Positions 44,030 through 52,521 of a stretch of DNA of 52,521 nt are shown here, in pieces (positions within the stretch are counted from its first letter, which is position 1; the number at the start of each line of letters is the position of its first letter). The position numbers and the translations under genes were made by a program. Source of the stretch: Actinomycetota bacterium (GTDB lineage Bacteria > Actinomycetota > Actinomycetes > Nanopelagicales > Nanopelagicaceae); the NCBI GenBank assembly GCA_041181205.1, contig JBEGPY010000001.1:1-52521 (forward strand), read 5' to 3'. The notes beneath the pieces are model-generated. The model was not told the DNA's origin and searched no databases. It saw only the letters and a program-made list of their open reading frames with translations.

Positions 44030-44668
44030 ATGGCGCTTTTTGACCAACTGCATGATGAGTGGCAAAAGGTGTTGGCTGATTATCGATCATTGGTCGAAAC
44101 AATTGATTCACTCATTGATAAAAGTGATGTGACCCCATCCTATGAAAATATTTTTGCCGCATATCAACTGCCACCGAGGGCTATAAAGGTGGCAATCTTT
44201 GGTCAGGATCCATACCCGACACCTGGCTATGCCCACGGTTTGGCTTTTTCTGTTGCAGCAAACACGCAGCCACTTCCAGCATCGTTGAAGAACATATTTA
44301 AAGAGCTAGAGAGCGATTGGGGTGTGAAGGTTGCTATCAATGGAAATCTGCAGCGTTGGGCTGATCAAGGTGTTTTTCTACTCAATCAAATCCTGACAAC
44401 GCGGCCGACGCAATCTTTAGCCCATGAAGATTTTGGTTGGCAAGAGTTCACTGCAGTTACAGCAAAAGTAGTTGGAGAATCAGGGGCTATTGGAATTTTT
44501 TGGGGATCAAAGGCGCAACATTTGGCTCAATATTTTGATCCCAAGCTCTCAATTTCTTCAGCGCATCCAAGTCCGTTATCGGCATATAGAGGATTCTTTG
44601 GTTCCAAACCATTCTCGAAAGCCAATGAAATGCTGCGCACGCAGGGTAAAAGTGAAATCAGATGGTAG
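44030..44668 (+). CDS. ung: Uracil-DNA glycosylase family 1
   Basis: GQDPY, GLAFSV, GVFLLN, HPSPLS. Confidence 0.95.
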   Translation: MALFDQLHDEWQKVLADYRSLVETIDSLIDKSDVTPSYENIFAAYQLPPRAIKVAIFGQDPYPTPGYAHGLAFSVAANTQPLPASLKNIFKELESDWGVKVAINGNLQRWADQGVFLLNQILTTRPTQSLAHEDFGWQEFTAVTAKVVGESGAIGIFWGSKAQHLAQYFDPKLSISSAHPSPLSAYRGFFGSKPFSKANEMLRTQGKSEIRW

Positions 44669-44672
44669 AAAT

Positions 44673-44708
44673 ACTAAAGCCCCGCAGATTTCTCCACGGG
44701 GCTTTAGT
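44673..44708. terminator. Probable bidirectional intrinsic terminator
   Basis: Perfect 12-bp inverted repeat ACTAAAGCCCCG / CGGGGCTTTAGT, 12-nt loop, A/T-rich flanks, between convergent ung and NCS2 permease. Confidence 0.82.
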
Positions 44709-44726
44709 TTGATACTTACTACGGGT

Positions 44727-46172
44727 TTATCCGATCCAAGCGTTGATTGGTGAGGATAGGAAATAGACCATGAATAGTCCAGATACAAGAAGTAGCAATG
44801 GATGTAATTCCTTACCACGGCCTTGAACCACGCGAATAACTACGTGAGTAACAAATCCAGCTCCAATACCTACAGAGATGTTGTAAGTGAATGGCATCAA
44901 GATAATTGTTAGGAACGCTGGGATTCCAATACCCAGATCATCCCAATCGATCTTCTTGATCTGAGACATCATGAGGAAACCTACGATGATCAGAGCAGGA
45001 GTTGCAGCTTCGTAAGGAATTATTGCTACAAGAGGTGCCAAGAATGTTGTGAGTAGGAATGCAATTCCAGTGACAACTGAGGCAAGACCAGTACGAGCAC
45101 CTTCACCCACACCAGCTGCTGATTCGATGTAGCTAGTATTTGATGAAATACCTGCTGCGCCACCTGCTGCAGCTGCTATTGAGTCAACCAAAAGAATCTT
45201 CTGGATGTTATCAACGTTGCCATCTTTGTCAGCAAGACCTGCCTCATGACCGATCGCAGTAACTGTTCCAACGGTGTCGAAGAAATCAGAAAGCAATAAG
45301 GTAAAGAGAAGCAGAATTGCCGCTATCAATGAGACATTGTCGAGGCTAAAAGCGCCTAAGAGATCAAATTGTCCAGTGAAATCAAACTCTGGGACAGCAA
45401 CGATCTCTTTGGGAACTGAAGGAATATTGAGCCCCCAACCGCCGTCCACGATAGTCGGTGGATTTCCGGCTGTGAATCCTGGTGCGATGTTGTACATCTT
45501 CTGGAGGACAACTGCCAAGACGGTAGCTGCCGAAATTCCAATCAGGATAGCTCCCTTAACTTTGCGCACCATAAGTCCGATGATGAGAAGTGTTCCGAAA
45601 ACAAAAACTACTGTTGGCCAGCCAACAAGGTTTCCATTTACGCCAAGACCCACTGGAACTGGACCGCTACCCGTTTTGCGGACAAAACCTGCATCAACTA
45701 GACCAATGAGGGCGATGAAGAGGCCGATACCAACTGAGATTGCAATCTTGATCTGTGGTGGAACCGCCTTGAATACTGCTACGCGGAACCCAGTGAGAAC
45801 TAATACCAAGATGATTAAACCTTCAAGAACAACAAGACCCATGGCTGCAGCCCATGTCATCTTTGATGCAATACCAACTGCAACGAAAGTGTTGAGACCA
45901 AGTCCTGTAGCAAGAGCTAATGGGTAGTTGGCTATTGATCCCATAAGAATGGTCAGCACACCAGCAACAAGTGCTGTAGTTGCTGCAACCATTGCAGGTG
46001 CAGGTGCGGCACCTCCGAAGAGGAACTGACCGTTTTTATCTGGTGAGTACGCCAAGATGATTGGGTTAAGAGCCACGATGTAGGCCATCGTGAAGAAAGT
46101 TACGAGTCCGCCTCGAACCTCTTGGCCAATTGAAGAGCCACGTTCTGAGATTTTAAAATAGGAATCCAGCAT
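44727..46172 (-). CDS. NCS2 family (AzgA/PbuG-like) purine nucleobase permease
   Basis: TFFTMAYI, GLGLN, DFFDTVGT, YIESAAGVGEGARTG; many TM helices; SD AGAAAGG before ATG 46172. Confidence 0.92.
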   Translation of the reverse strand: MLDSYFKISERGSSIGQEVRGGLVTFFTMAYIVALNPIILAYSPDKNGQFLFGGAAPAPAMVAATTALVAGVLTILMGSIANYPLALATGLGLNTFVAVGIASKMTWAAAMGLVVLEGLIILVLVLTGFRVAVFKAVPPQIKIAISVGIGLFIALIGLVDAGFVRKTGSGPVPVGLGVNGNLVGWPTVVFVFGTLLIIGLMVRKVKGAILIGISAATVLAVVLQKMYNIAPGFTAGNPPTIVDGGWGLNIPSVPKEIVAVPEFDFTGQFDLLGAFSLDNVSLIAAILLLFTLLLSDFFDTVGTVTAIGHEAGLADKDGNVDNIQKILLVDSIAAAAGGAAGISSNTSYIESAAGVGEGARTGLASVVTGIAFLLTTFLAPLVAIIPYEAATPALIIVGFLMMSQIKKIDWDDLGIGIPAFLTIILMPFTYNISVGIGAGFVTHVVIRVVQGRGKELHPLLLLVSGLFMVYFLSSPINAWIG

Positions 46173-46268
46173 GAGTAACGCCTTTCTAATTTTGTTAACG
46201 GGGGTGTTTGCGACCCCGTACATAGCAAACGGCCTACGCACGCCGAGGGAATACTTTGAGGGTAGTAG

Positions 46269-46937
46269 TTACTTGCTCGTAACTCTGGAAACGACACCTA
46301 GGGCAATGGCAATAGATTGACCGATCAAGCCTGCAAAGAGCAAAGTTCCGAGGCCAACCGTGCCACCCAGCAGCCAGCCCAAGGCAAAAACGGTGCTTTC
46401 AATGGCCAAACGAACGCGGCCCACTTGAATCCCACTCTTAAAGTGAATTCCGGTCATCAAACCATCACGGGGTCCAGGCCCCAGGCCGCATGTAATGTAT
46501 AGAGCAGATGCTGCCCCAACCATAGCGATACCTAATAATGTGTAGAGAATTCCAATGAAGTAATTTTCCTGCAATGGAATGTTTGTAACACCAATTTCAA
46601 TAGCTAGGGCGATGATAATGATGTTAGAAATCGTTCCAAAGCCAGGTTTCTCACGAAGAGGAATCCAACCTAAAAGAACAAGTGCACTGATTCCAAAAGT
46701 TGACCAGCCCATGGTGATATCTAAATTCTTAGAAATTCCCTGTGCTAATACTGACCATGGTCCATTTCCTATATTGCTTTGAATAACGAATGCATCACCA
46801 AGACCAAAGATGAAAAGACCAACCCAGAGAATCAATACGCGAGTGAAACCAAGATCCCACTTTGACTTGGCTGTCCATGGAGTGATCGGAACTGTGCGGT
46901 GCGGACGTAGAAACTCCATGAATGCATTCGATGACAT
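46269..46937 (-). CDS. YczE/YyaS/YitT family membrane protein
   Basis: GNGPW..L..G, PGFGTI, GPGPRDGLM, GGTVGLGT; ~6 TM. Confidence 0.85.
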   Translation of the reverse strand: MSSNAFMEFLRPHRTVPITPWTAKSKWDLGFTRVLILWVGLFIFGLGDAFVIQSNIGNGPWSVLAQGISKNLDITMGWSTFGISALVLLGWIPLREKPGFGTISNIIIIALAIEIGVTNIPLQENYFIGILYTLLGIAMVGAASALYITCGLGPGPRDGLMTGIHFKSGIQVGRVRLAIESTVFALGWLLGGTVGLGTLLFAGLIGQSIAIALGVVSRVTSK

Positions 46938-46987
46938 TGGGGGAGTCTAGTACAACCACTCATGCCATATCAGGCTATTCTTAAACA

Positions 46988-47722
46988 ATGTTTCCAGGTA
47001 TTGGCACGCTCATCAATGTATGTGCAATCATCGTGGGAGCAAGTCTTGGTATTTTTGTTGGACATAGGTTGCATTTAAAGACTAGAACTCTACTGACAGA
47101 TGTATTGGGTCTCGCAACACTTCTAGGGGCTGCATCGGCGTTGATACCTTTGTGGTCATCGCGCTATGTCGATTCATTGCCAGCGGGTTGGCCGCTACTA
47201 GTTGTCCTTGGTTCGCTTATCTTCGGTGGTTTGATTGGTTCTGCACTCGGATTAGAAGATCGCCTAGATCATTTAGGCGAAAACTTACGCAAAAAGTTCA
47301 AGGCATCAAAAGAGAGTCCATTCGTTGAAGGCTTTGTTACAGCATCTCTTCTTTTTGCAATTGGCCCGCTTGCTATTTTGGGAAGCATCAGCGATGGAAT
47401 GTCGAATGGAATTGATCAACTCTTACTCAAGAGCACTCTCGACTTTTTCGCAGCTATGGCTTTTGCATCATCCCTTGGTTGGGGAGTAGCAGTTGCTGCA
47501 ATTCCTGTAGCTATGTATCAAGGTTTCTGGACAGTTATCGGATTAGCACTAGGAGAAATCCTAGATGGTTACCAAGTTGATGCCATGACAATCGTTGGTG
47601 GAGTTTTGCTCATTGGAATCGGCCTGCGACTTTTGAACATCAAACATGTTGCCGTTGGCAATCTGCTGCCGGCATTGGCTGTTGCACCATTACTTGCGAT
47701 GTTGGTGCATTCCTTTATTTAG
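46988..47722 (+). CDS. DUF554 (YdfK-like) membrane protein
   Basis: GTLIN, GFVTASLLF..GPLAILGS, KSTLD, VGNLLPAL. Confidence 0.88.
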   Translation: MFPGIGTLINVCAIIVGASLGIFVGHRLHLKTRTLLTDVLGLATLLGAASALIPLWSSRYVDSLPAGWPLLVVLGSLIFGGLIGSALGLEDRLDHLGENLRKKFKASKESPFVEGFVTASLLFAIGPLAILGSISDGMSNGIDQLLLKSTLDFFAAMAFASSLGWGVAVAAIPVAMYQGFWTVIGLALGEILDGYQVDAMTIVGGVLLIGIGLRLLNIKHVAVGNLLPALAVAPLLAMLVHSFI

Positions 47723-48759
47723 AAAGTCGATGCGTCAATCACAAAGCGGTATTTAACATCACTTGCAATGGTGCGCTCATAAGCGGTATTTGCATAAGAG
47801 GCGTTAATAACTTCAACATCGCTGACGATCGAATGCTCGCCACAGAAGTCCAACATCTTTTGCATCTCTGGAATTCCACCGATCATGGATCCAGCCAGGC
47901 GTCTGCGACCATTGAGAAGTGCTCCAGCGTTTACCTCATAAGGCTTACCCGGTAACCCAATAACTACCAAGGTTGCATCTAACTTGAGAAGGTCTAGGTA
48001 CTCATTAATATCTAAAAAGGCACTTACGGTGTTGAGAACTAGGTCGAATGACTTAGTGAGTGGTTTTAGTACCCCTGGAACACTTGTATCAACAAAGTGT
48101 TTTGCACCCATAGCCAATGCATCAGCTTTCTTAGAAGGTGAATGTGAGAGAACAGTAACTTCTGCTCCCATCGCCACAGCAAATTTCACACCCATGTGCC
48201 CAAGACCGCCAAGTCCCATGACGGCTACTTTGCTACCAGGTCCGGTATTCCATTTGCGAAGAGGTGAATACAAAGTAATTCCAGCACAAAGAAGCGGAGC
48301 TACTCCATCCAAGGAGAGATTTGCTGGGATATGCACTGCGTAATCTTCGTTGATGACGAAAAGATTTGAATATCCACCAAGTGCCACCGTCTTACCGTCG
48401 CGCTCCATTGTGTTATATGTTCCGGTCATTCCCTCTTCGCAATACTGTTGCAATCCACCTAGGCAGCTTGCGCACTTGCGACAGGAATCAATGAAAACAC
48501 CCACACCGATTAAATCTCCGACTTTAAACTTGGTGACCGAGCTACCAATAGCACTTACCGTTCCTGAGATTTCGTGGCCAGGAACCATTGGGAAAATCGC
48601 TGGACCCCATTCTTCTCGAACCTGGTGGATGTCTGAGTGGCAGATGCCTGCATAGGCGATGTCTAGAGCGACATCATGAGCACCGAGTTCACGTCGTTCA
48701 AACTCATAAGATGTCAGTGCTGCCTTGGCCGATAATGCCGCTAATCCACGTGTTTTCAT
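47719..48759 (-). CDS. Zn-dependent NAD(P)-dependent alcohol dehydrogenase (cinnamyl-alcohol/AdhC-like)
   Basis: GICHSD, PGHE, four-Cys structural Zn site, PLLCAG, GLGGLG, YRFVID; SD AAGGAG. Confidence 0.93.
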   Translation of the reverse strand: MKTRGLAALSAKAALTSYEFERRELGAHDVALDIAYAGICHSDIHQVREEWGPAIFPMVPGHEISGTVSAIGSSVTKFKVGDLIGVGVFIDSCRKCASCLGGLQQYCEEGMTGTYNTMERDGKTVALGGYSNLFVINEDYAVHIPANLSLDGVAPLLCAGITLYSPLRKWNTGPGSKVAVMGLGGLGHMGVKFAVAMGAEVTVLSHSPSKKADALAMGAKHFVDTSVPGVLKPLTKSFDLVLNTVSAFLDINEYLDLLKLDATLVVIGLPGKPYEVNAGALLNGRRRLAGSMIGGIPEMQKMLDFCGEHSIVSDVEVINASYANTAYERTIASDVKYRFVIDASTF

Positions 48760-48777
48760 TGTTACTCCTTGAAGAAT

Positions 48778-49422
48778 TTATTGATTGAACGGTAGAGGCT
48801 GCGAAGATACATGACCGGCGCGAGATGCGCGCGCTGTAACTTGTCGCATATGGTGTCTGCGACATAAGACTTCATATCCAACTTCACTGCCCGGTGATAC
48901 ATCTCCCACAACAACTTGTTCACCCTCAACAACCATCACTCCACCAACAGTTCTTGCGTTATGGGTCGCACGAGAGCCACACCAACACAGGGCTTCAACC
49001 TGCAACGTGTTCACACGATCTGAGAGCTCGACTAAGCGAGCAGAACCGGGGAAGAGCATCGTGCGAAAGTCACTCAGGATTCCAAAGGCATAGACATCAA
49101 TTCCAAGGCCATCAACAATGCGTGCCAGCTGCTCGATTTGAACGGGCTCATAAAACTGAGCTTCATCGCAGATAATGTAATCAATGCGATCTCCAGCAGA
49201 TAAGGCATCCACAACAAATTTATGAATATCTAGAGTGGGGATAACTTCAATTGCAGGACTTGAAAGACCCAAGCGGGAGGAGATAATTCCGCTGCCAGCT
49301 CTGTCTTTATTGGTGAAAATTAGACCTGTGCGTCCCCGGCTCTGATGATTATGCGCGGTCTGTAGGGCAAGCGTGGATTTGCCGCTATCCATCGTTCCGC
49401 AGTAATAAGTCAGTTCAGCCAT
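48778..49422 (-). CDS. tdk: Thymidine kinase
   Basis: GTMDSGKST, DEAQF, DFR...F.GS, CWCG...CRRH zinc lasso; start at 49422 or 49431. Confidence 0.93.
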   Translation of the reverse strand: MAELTYYCGTMDSGKSTLALQTAHNHQSRGRTGLIFTNKDRAGSGIISSRLGLSSPAIEVIPTLDIHKFVVDALSAGDRIDYIICDEAQFYEPVQIEQLARIVDGLGIDVYAFGILSDFRTMLFPGSARLVELSDRVNTLQVEALCWCGSRATHNARTVGGVMVVEGEQVVVGDVSPGSEVGYEVLCRRHHMRQVTARASRAGHVSSQPLPFNQ

Positions 49423-49443
49423 GGAATGCATCTTGCCACAGAG

Positions 49444-51294
49444 TTAGGCAAAGAGCCCCTTAGCAATGAGGGCTTCCTCGAGTTTGGGCAAAAGCTTCAA
49501 AGCCATATCTACCGAAATGTGAGATGCATCGCGATAGGCGACCGTGCCATCAACAATGGCTGGGCAATATGAGGAACATAACCACGGATTTGGATTGATT
49601 ATTTGAAAGCCAGAAATAATAGAGACAGGTGTTTTTTGAGTGGAATCACATGTGCTGGAATTGCGAGAAGCTAAGCAGTTCGGGATATCTCGCAAAGGTC
49701 TTGGTGTATCACTGATGTAGATGAGGTGATCAGTAGATCCTTTTAAATCTCGAAGCAATTTTCGTTGACCATCATTCCACCACTGCCCTCTACTTCCTGT
49801 GCCCTTTGCAGGAGTGAAATATTGGAAACTACTCGTAATAACTGCCATCGGTTTAATTTGAGCTATTCGTTTAATCGAGTTTTCCCGCCACTTGGTGCAG
49901 TGCACCATCTTGAAAGCACCTTGATCAGGGCGTTTGGCCTCAACTGCTGGACAGGCAGATTTCGTTAGCGAGATAAGTTTATACCCGCGTTCATTAGCTA
50001 ATTTTTCAAGCGTTGGAAACCATTGTGCAGCGTGTGAATCTCCATAAAGAACAATTGTTTCAGAGGAGTTCTTATCACCGTAGGTGCAGTATCCCGATTT
50101 AGTTTCACCATAATTAACATGACAGTTATCGCCATACACAGCTGGCTTTTCCATCACTTGAACTAGATCAAATTGATATGAGATGTCGCCCTTGGTCGTG
50201 ATGATGGAGGAGGCAGTAAATGCAATAAACACACCCGCCACAAGTGATGCTGCAGTCATAATTACAGCCCCTCTATATATCGTCTTAGGGGATAGCTTCT
50301 TATGACGCAGAGGCTCTTCTATAAACATGCTGGTGTAGTGCGCAAGAACAATAGTTAAAGCAATGCATAGGAATCGTTCATAGAAGCGCAGTGGTCGTCC
50401 AAGTGCACTACTTGGTAGAACTAATGCGGGCCAGTGCCAGAGATATAGGGGATAGGAGATCGCCCCTAACCACTGGCTCAATCGTGAATTGGATAAGTCA
50501 TTAAATAGTGGAGGCCAGTATTTGATTGATGCCAACAAGAAAACAGTTGCGAGAACCGGTACTAATGCGTTTTTGCCCGGAAAGGCAGTGTTTTCATTGA
50601 AATTGAATGAAGATATTGCGATGCCTAAGAATCCAAGCCAAGGCAGAATTCGGATCTTCCTTTTTGTTTCAGGTATGAATAGGAGCAGTGCTCCAAAACC
50701 TAATTCCCATGCACGAGTTGGCAACGAGTAGAACGCCCAGATAGGTGCGACTTGAGTGAGGTAAATCGAGAAAAGAAGTGAAAGAACAGTTGCTGCTGCA
50801 ATTCCAGCAAGGACTACCTTTTTCCCATAGCGAGCTAAGAACAGTATGAAGAGGGGCCATACGAGATAGAACTGTTCTTCAACCGCTAAAGACCAATAGT
50901 GGATAAACGGAGAGGGGGTTGCATTCAGATTCTGATAGTCATTCTGCCACCACGCAAAGAGATAATTGGAGATGTAGGTGGAAGCGGCGAAGAGATCCCT
51001 ACCTAAAGATTCGCGTGTAATTGGCGGAAAAAGTATCCAAGCAAATATGGCGGTTACCAATAGTACGAATACCGATGTTGGTAACAGTCGCTTAATTCGT
51101 CGCTGGTAAAAGGCTCTAAAATCGAGAGTTCCTGTCTTTTCAATCTCTCTAAGGATTAGCCCAGTGATGAGATAACCTGAGATTACATAGAAGATATCAA
51201 CCCCAATAAATCCGCCAGGAAGAAGACGTGCATGAAATACGGTTACTAATATCGCGGCTAGAGCACGCAGGCCCTGAATCTGGGTAATGCGCAT
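49444..51294 (-). CDS. Acyltransferase-3 / SGNH fusion O-acyltransferase (OafA/OatA-like)
   Basis: IQGLRA, GVDIFYVISGYLIT, HYWSLAVEEQFY, SYPLYLWHWP, then GDSHA and DASH catalytic motifs. Confidence 0.92.
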   Translation of the reverse strand: MRITQIQGLRALAAILVTVFHARLLPGGFIGVDIFYVISGYLITGLILREIEKTGTLDFRAFYQRRIKRLLPTSVFVLLVTAIFAWILFPPITRESLGRDLFAASTYISNYLFAWWQNDYQNLNATPSPFIHYWSLAVEEQFYLVWPLFILFLARYGKKVVLAGIAAATVLSLLFSIYLTQVAPIWAFYSLPTRAWELGFGALLLFIPETKRKIRILPWLGFLGIAISSFNFNENTAFPGKNALVPVLATVFLLASIKYWPPLFNDLSNSRLSQWLGAISYPLYLWHWPALVLPSSALGRPLRFYERFLCIALTIVLAHYTSMFIEEPLRHKKLSPKTIYRGAVIMTAASLVAGVFIAFTASSIITTKGDISYQFDLVQVMEKPAVYGDNCHVNYGETKSGYCTYGDKNSSETIVLYGDSHAAQWFPTLEKLANERGYKLISLTKSACPAVEAKRPDQGAFKMVHCTKWRENSIKRIAQIKPMAVITSSFQYFTPAKGTGSRGQWWNDGQRKLLRDLKGSTDHLIYISDTPRPLRDIPNCLASRNSSTCDSTQKTPVSIISGFQIINPNPWLCSSYCPAIVDGTVAYRDASHISVDMALKLLPKLEEALIAKGLFA

Positions 51295-51296
51295 GC

Positions 51297-51824
51297 TTAA
51301 GAAACTACTAGTGAATGAATTGGTATCTTTGGATACTTCGCAGTTAATCGAGCTCGACCTTCAAGTGCCTGAATTTCTAGCAGTGCAAGAATCTGATACA
51401 CACTTCCACCCGCACGATTAACAAGTTGAATTGCTGCATCAAGTGTTCCACCAGTTGCCAAAACATCATCAATCAGGAGTACTTCGCCGGCAAATGGAAT
51501 GGCATCAGCGTGTATCTCTAAAACATCAGTTCCATATTCAAGGCCATAGCTTTGGGAGAAAACTGTGTGGGGAAGCTTGCCAGCTTTACGGATTGGAACA
51601 AATCCAGTTTTCATTTTATTAGCTAGAGCAGAAGCAAAGATAAAGCCTCTGGCTTCGACGCCTGCGATAGAAGTTGCTGGACGGGCAAATTGCGCAAAGT
51701 GATCAGTGACAGCCGAGAATGCCGTTCCATCTGCAAGAAGCGGAGTGATGTCTTGAAAGAGGATCCCAGGTTTTGGATAGTCAGGGATTGCTCTGATGAG
51801 TGAGACTGCCTCATCGATCTTCAT
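51297..51824 (-). CDS. apt: Adenine phosphoribosyltransferase
   Basis: PDYPKPGILFQDITPLL, EARGF, RKAGKLP, LEYG, DDVLATGGT. Confidence 0.96.
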   Translation of the reverse strand: MKIDEAVSLIRAIPDYPKPGILFQDITPLLADGTAFSAVTDHFAQFARPATSIAGVEARGFIFASALANKMKTGFVPIRKAGKLPHTVFSQSYGLEYGTDVLEIHADAIPFAGEVLLIDDVLATGGTLDAAIQLVNRAGGSVYQILALLEIQALEGRARLTAKYPKIPIHSLVVS

Positions 51825-51843
51825 ATGCTCATCCTAACGAAAG

Positions 51844-51927
51844 TGTCCGAGAGGGGACTTGAACCCCTAATCCCTTACGGGAACTAACACCTCAAGCTAG
51901 CGCGTCTGCCAATTCCGCCACCCGGAC
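51844..51927 (-). tRNA. tRNA-Leu(GAG), CCA not encoded
   Basis: Minus strand GTCCGGG...GGAATTGGCAGAC...CTAGC-TTGAGGT-GTTAG...long variable arm...GGTTCAAGTCC...CTCGGAC-A. Confidence 0.95.
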
Positions 51928-51970
51928 TAAGTGCTGGGAAAGGATAGCAATTTGGTGACAGAATGGCGAA

Positions 51971-52521
51971 ATGACTACACCATCACGCACCCAACTTGAA
52001 ATCGAAGCTATCCGCATTTGCCAGGAATTGATCCAAATTCCATCTGTTAATTATGGAGATGGAAAAGGCGATGAGAAGGCAGTTGCCCAATATGTGATGA
52101 AGTTGCTGACTGAAGTTGGAATTGAAGCCACCATGTATGAAGCAGCGCCTGGTCGCTGCAATGTCATTGCACGCATTAAAGGAACAGATTCATCACGACC
52201 TGGTTTAGTTTTGCATGGTCACATAGATGTTGTTCCAGCAAACGCTGCTGATTGGTCGGTAGATCCCTTTAGCGGAGAGATTCGTGATGGAATGATCTGG
52301 GGCCGTGGCGCAGTAGATATGAAAAATATGGATGCAATGATTTTGGCAACGGTTCGCGATTGGGCCAGAACTGGTTATAAGCCACAGCGTGACATTGTTT
52401 TAGCTTTCTTTGCTGATGAAGAGGCTGGAAGTATCTTTGGCTCACATTGGATGGTTGATAAGCACCCAGAAGTTTTCGCTGGATGTACTGAAGCAGTCTC
52501 AGAGGTTGGTGGCTTCTCAGT
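51971..52521 (+). CDS. M20/M25/M40 family metallo-hydrolase (partial, runs off window end)
   Basis: Translated by hand: HGHIDVVPA, GRGAVDMK, ADEEAG; divergent from tRNA-Leu. Confidence 0.92.
   Translation, partial: MTTPSRTQLEIEAIRICQELIQIPSVNYGDGKGDEKAVAQYVMKLLTEVGIEATMYEAAPGRCNVIARIKGTDSSRPGLVLHGHIDVVPANAADWSVDPFSGEIRDGMIWGRGAVDMKNMDAMILATVRDWARTGYKPQRDIVLAFFADEEAGSIFGSHWMVDKHPEVFAGCTEAVSEVGGFS

Noticed and set aside
45274-45927. 217-aa antisense ORF opposite the NCS2 permease (and the many other 60-145 aa overlapping ORFs in the track)
   Set aside because: Composition mirrors the hydrophobic codons on the coding strand; no start signals or domain features
42621-51927. Possible genomic island at the 3' end of tRNA-Leu
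   Set aside because: No integrase, no duplicated tRNA 3' end seen, no obvious compositional shift, mostly housekeeping cargo
1-52521. CRISPR arrays, IS elements, prophage or defence genes, rRNA
   Set aside because: No spaced repeats, transposase/integrase motifs or unassigned gaps large enough; nearly all sequence is explained by the listed genes

Overview
Gene-dense, moderate-GC (roughly mid-40s %, by eye) core chromosome segment with actinobacterial gene order and motifs (mIHF, BldD, actinobacterial EF-P loop PGKGP, helicase-degenerate PriA). Very short intergenic spacers, overlapping convergent stops and many apparently leaderless genes suggest a streamlined freshwater acI / Ca. Nanopelagicales (Planktophila-like) genome; that assignment is inference. 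Content: yebC(end)-ruvCAB-secDF-rel, DUF349, hisS-aspS-alaS-ruvX-mltG-aroE-prepilin peptidase-aroCKBQ-efp-nusB, a bldD homologue, the pyrR-B-C-carAB-pyrK-D-F operon with a PyrR-binding RNA element, an in-frame mIHF::gmk fusion, rpoZ-coaBC-metK-priA-def-fmt-rsmB-rpe-hisEG, an ACT-only serB remnant, then a mixed block (ABC ATPase, ung, NCS2 permease, YczE, DUF554, alcohol dehydrogenase, tdk, AT3-SGNH O-acyltransferase, apt), tRNA-Leu(GAG) and the start of an M20 peptidase. No integrase, transposase, prophage or CRISPR array was seen. The most notable items are the nucleoid protein-guanylate kinase fusion, a BldD retaining its c-di-GMP signature, the catalytic-less SerB regulatory module, and a repeated ATCCACAG motif in two promoter regions.
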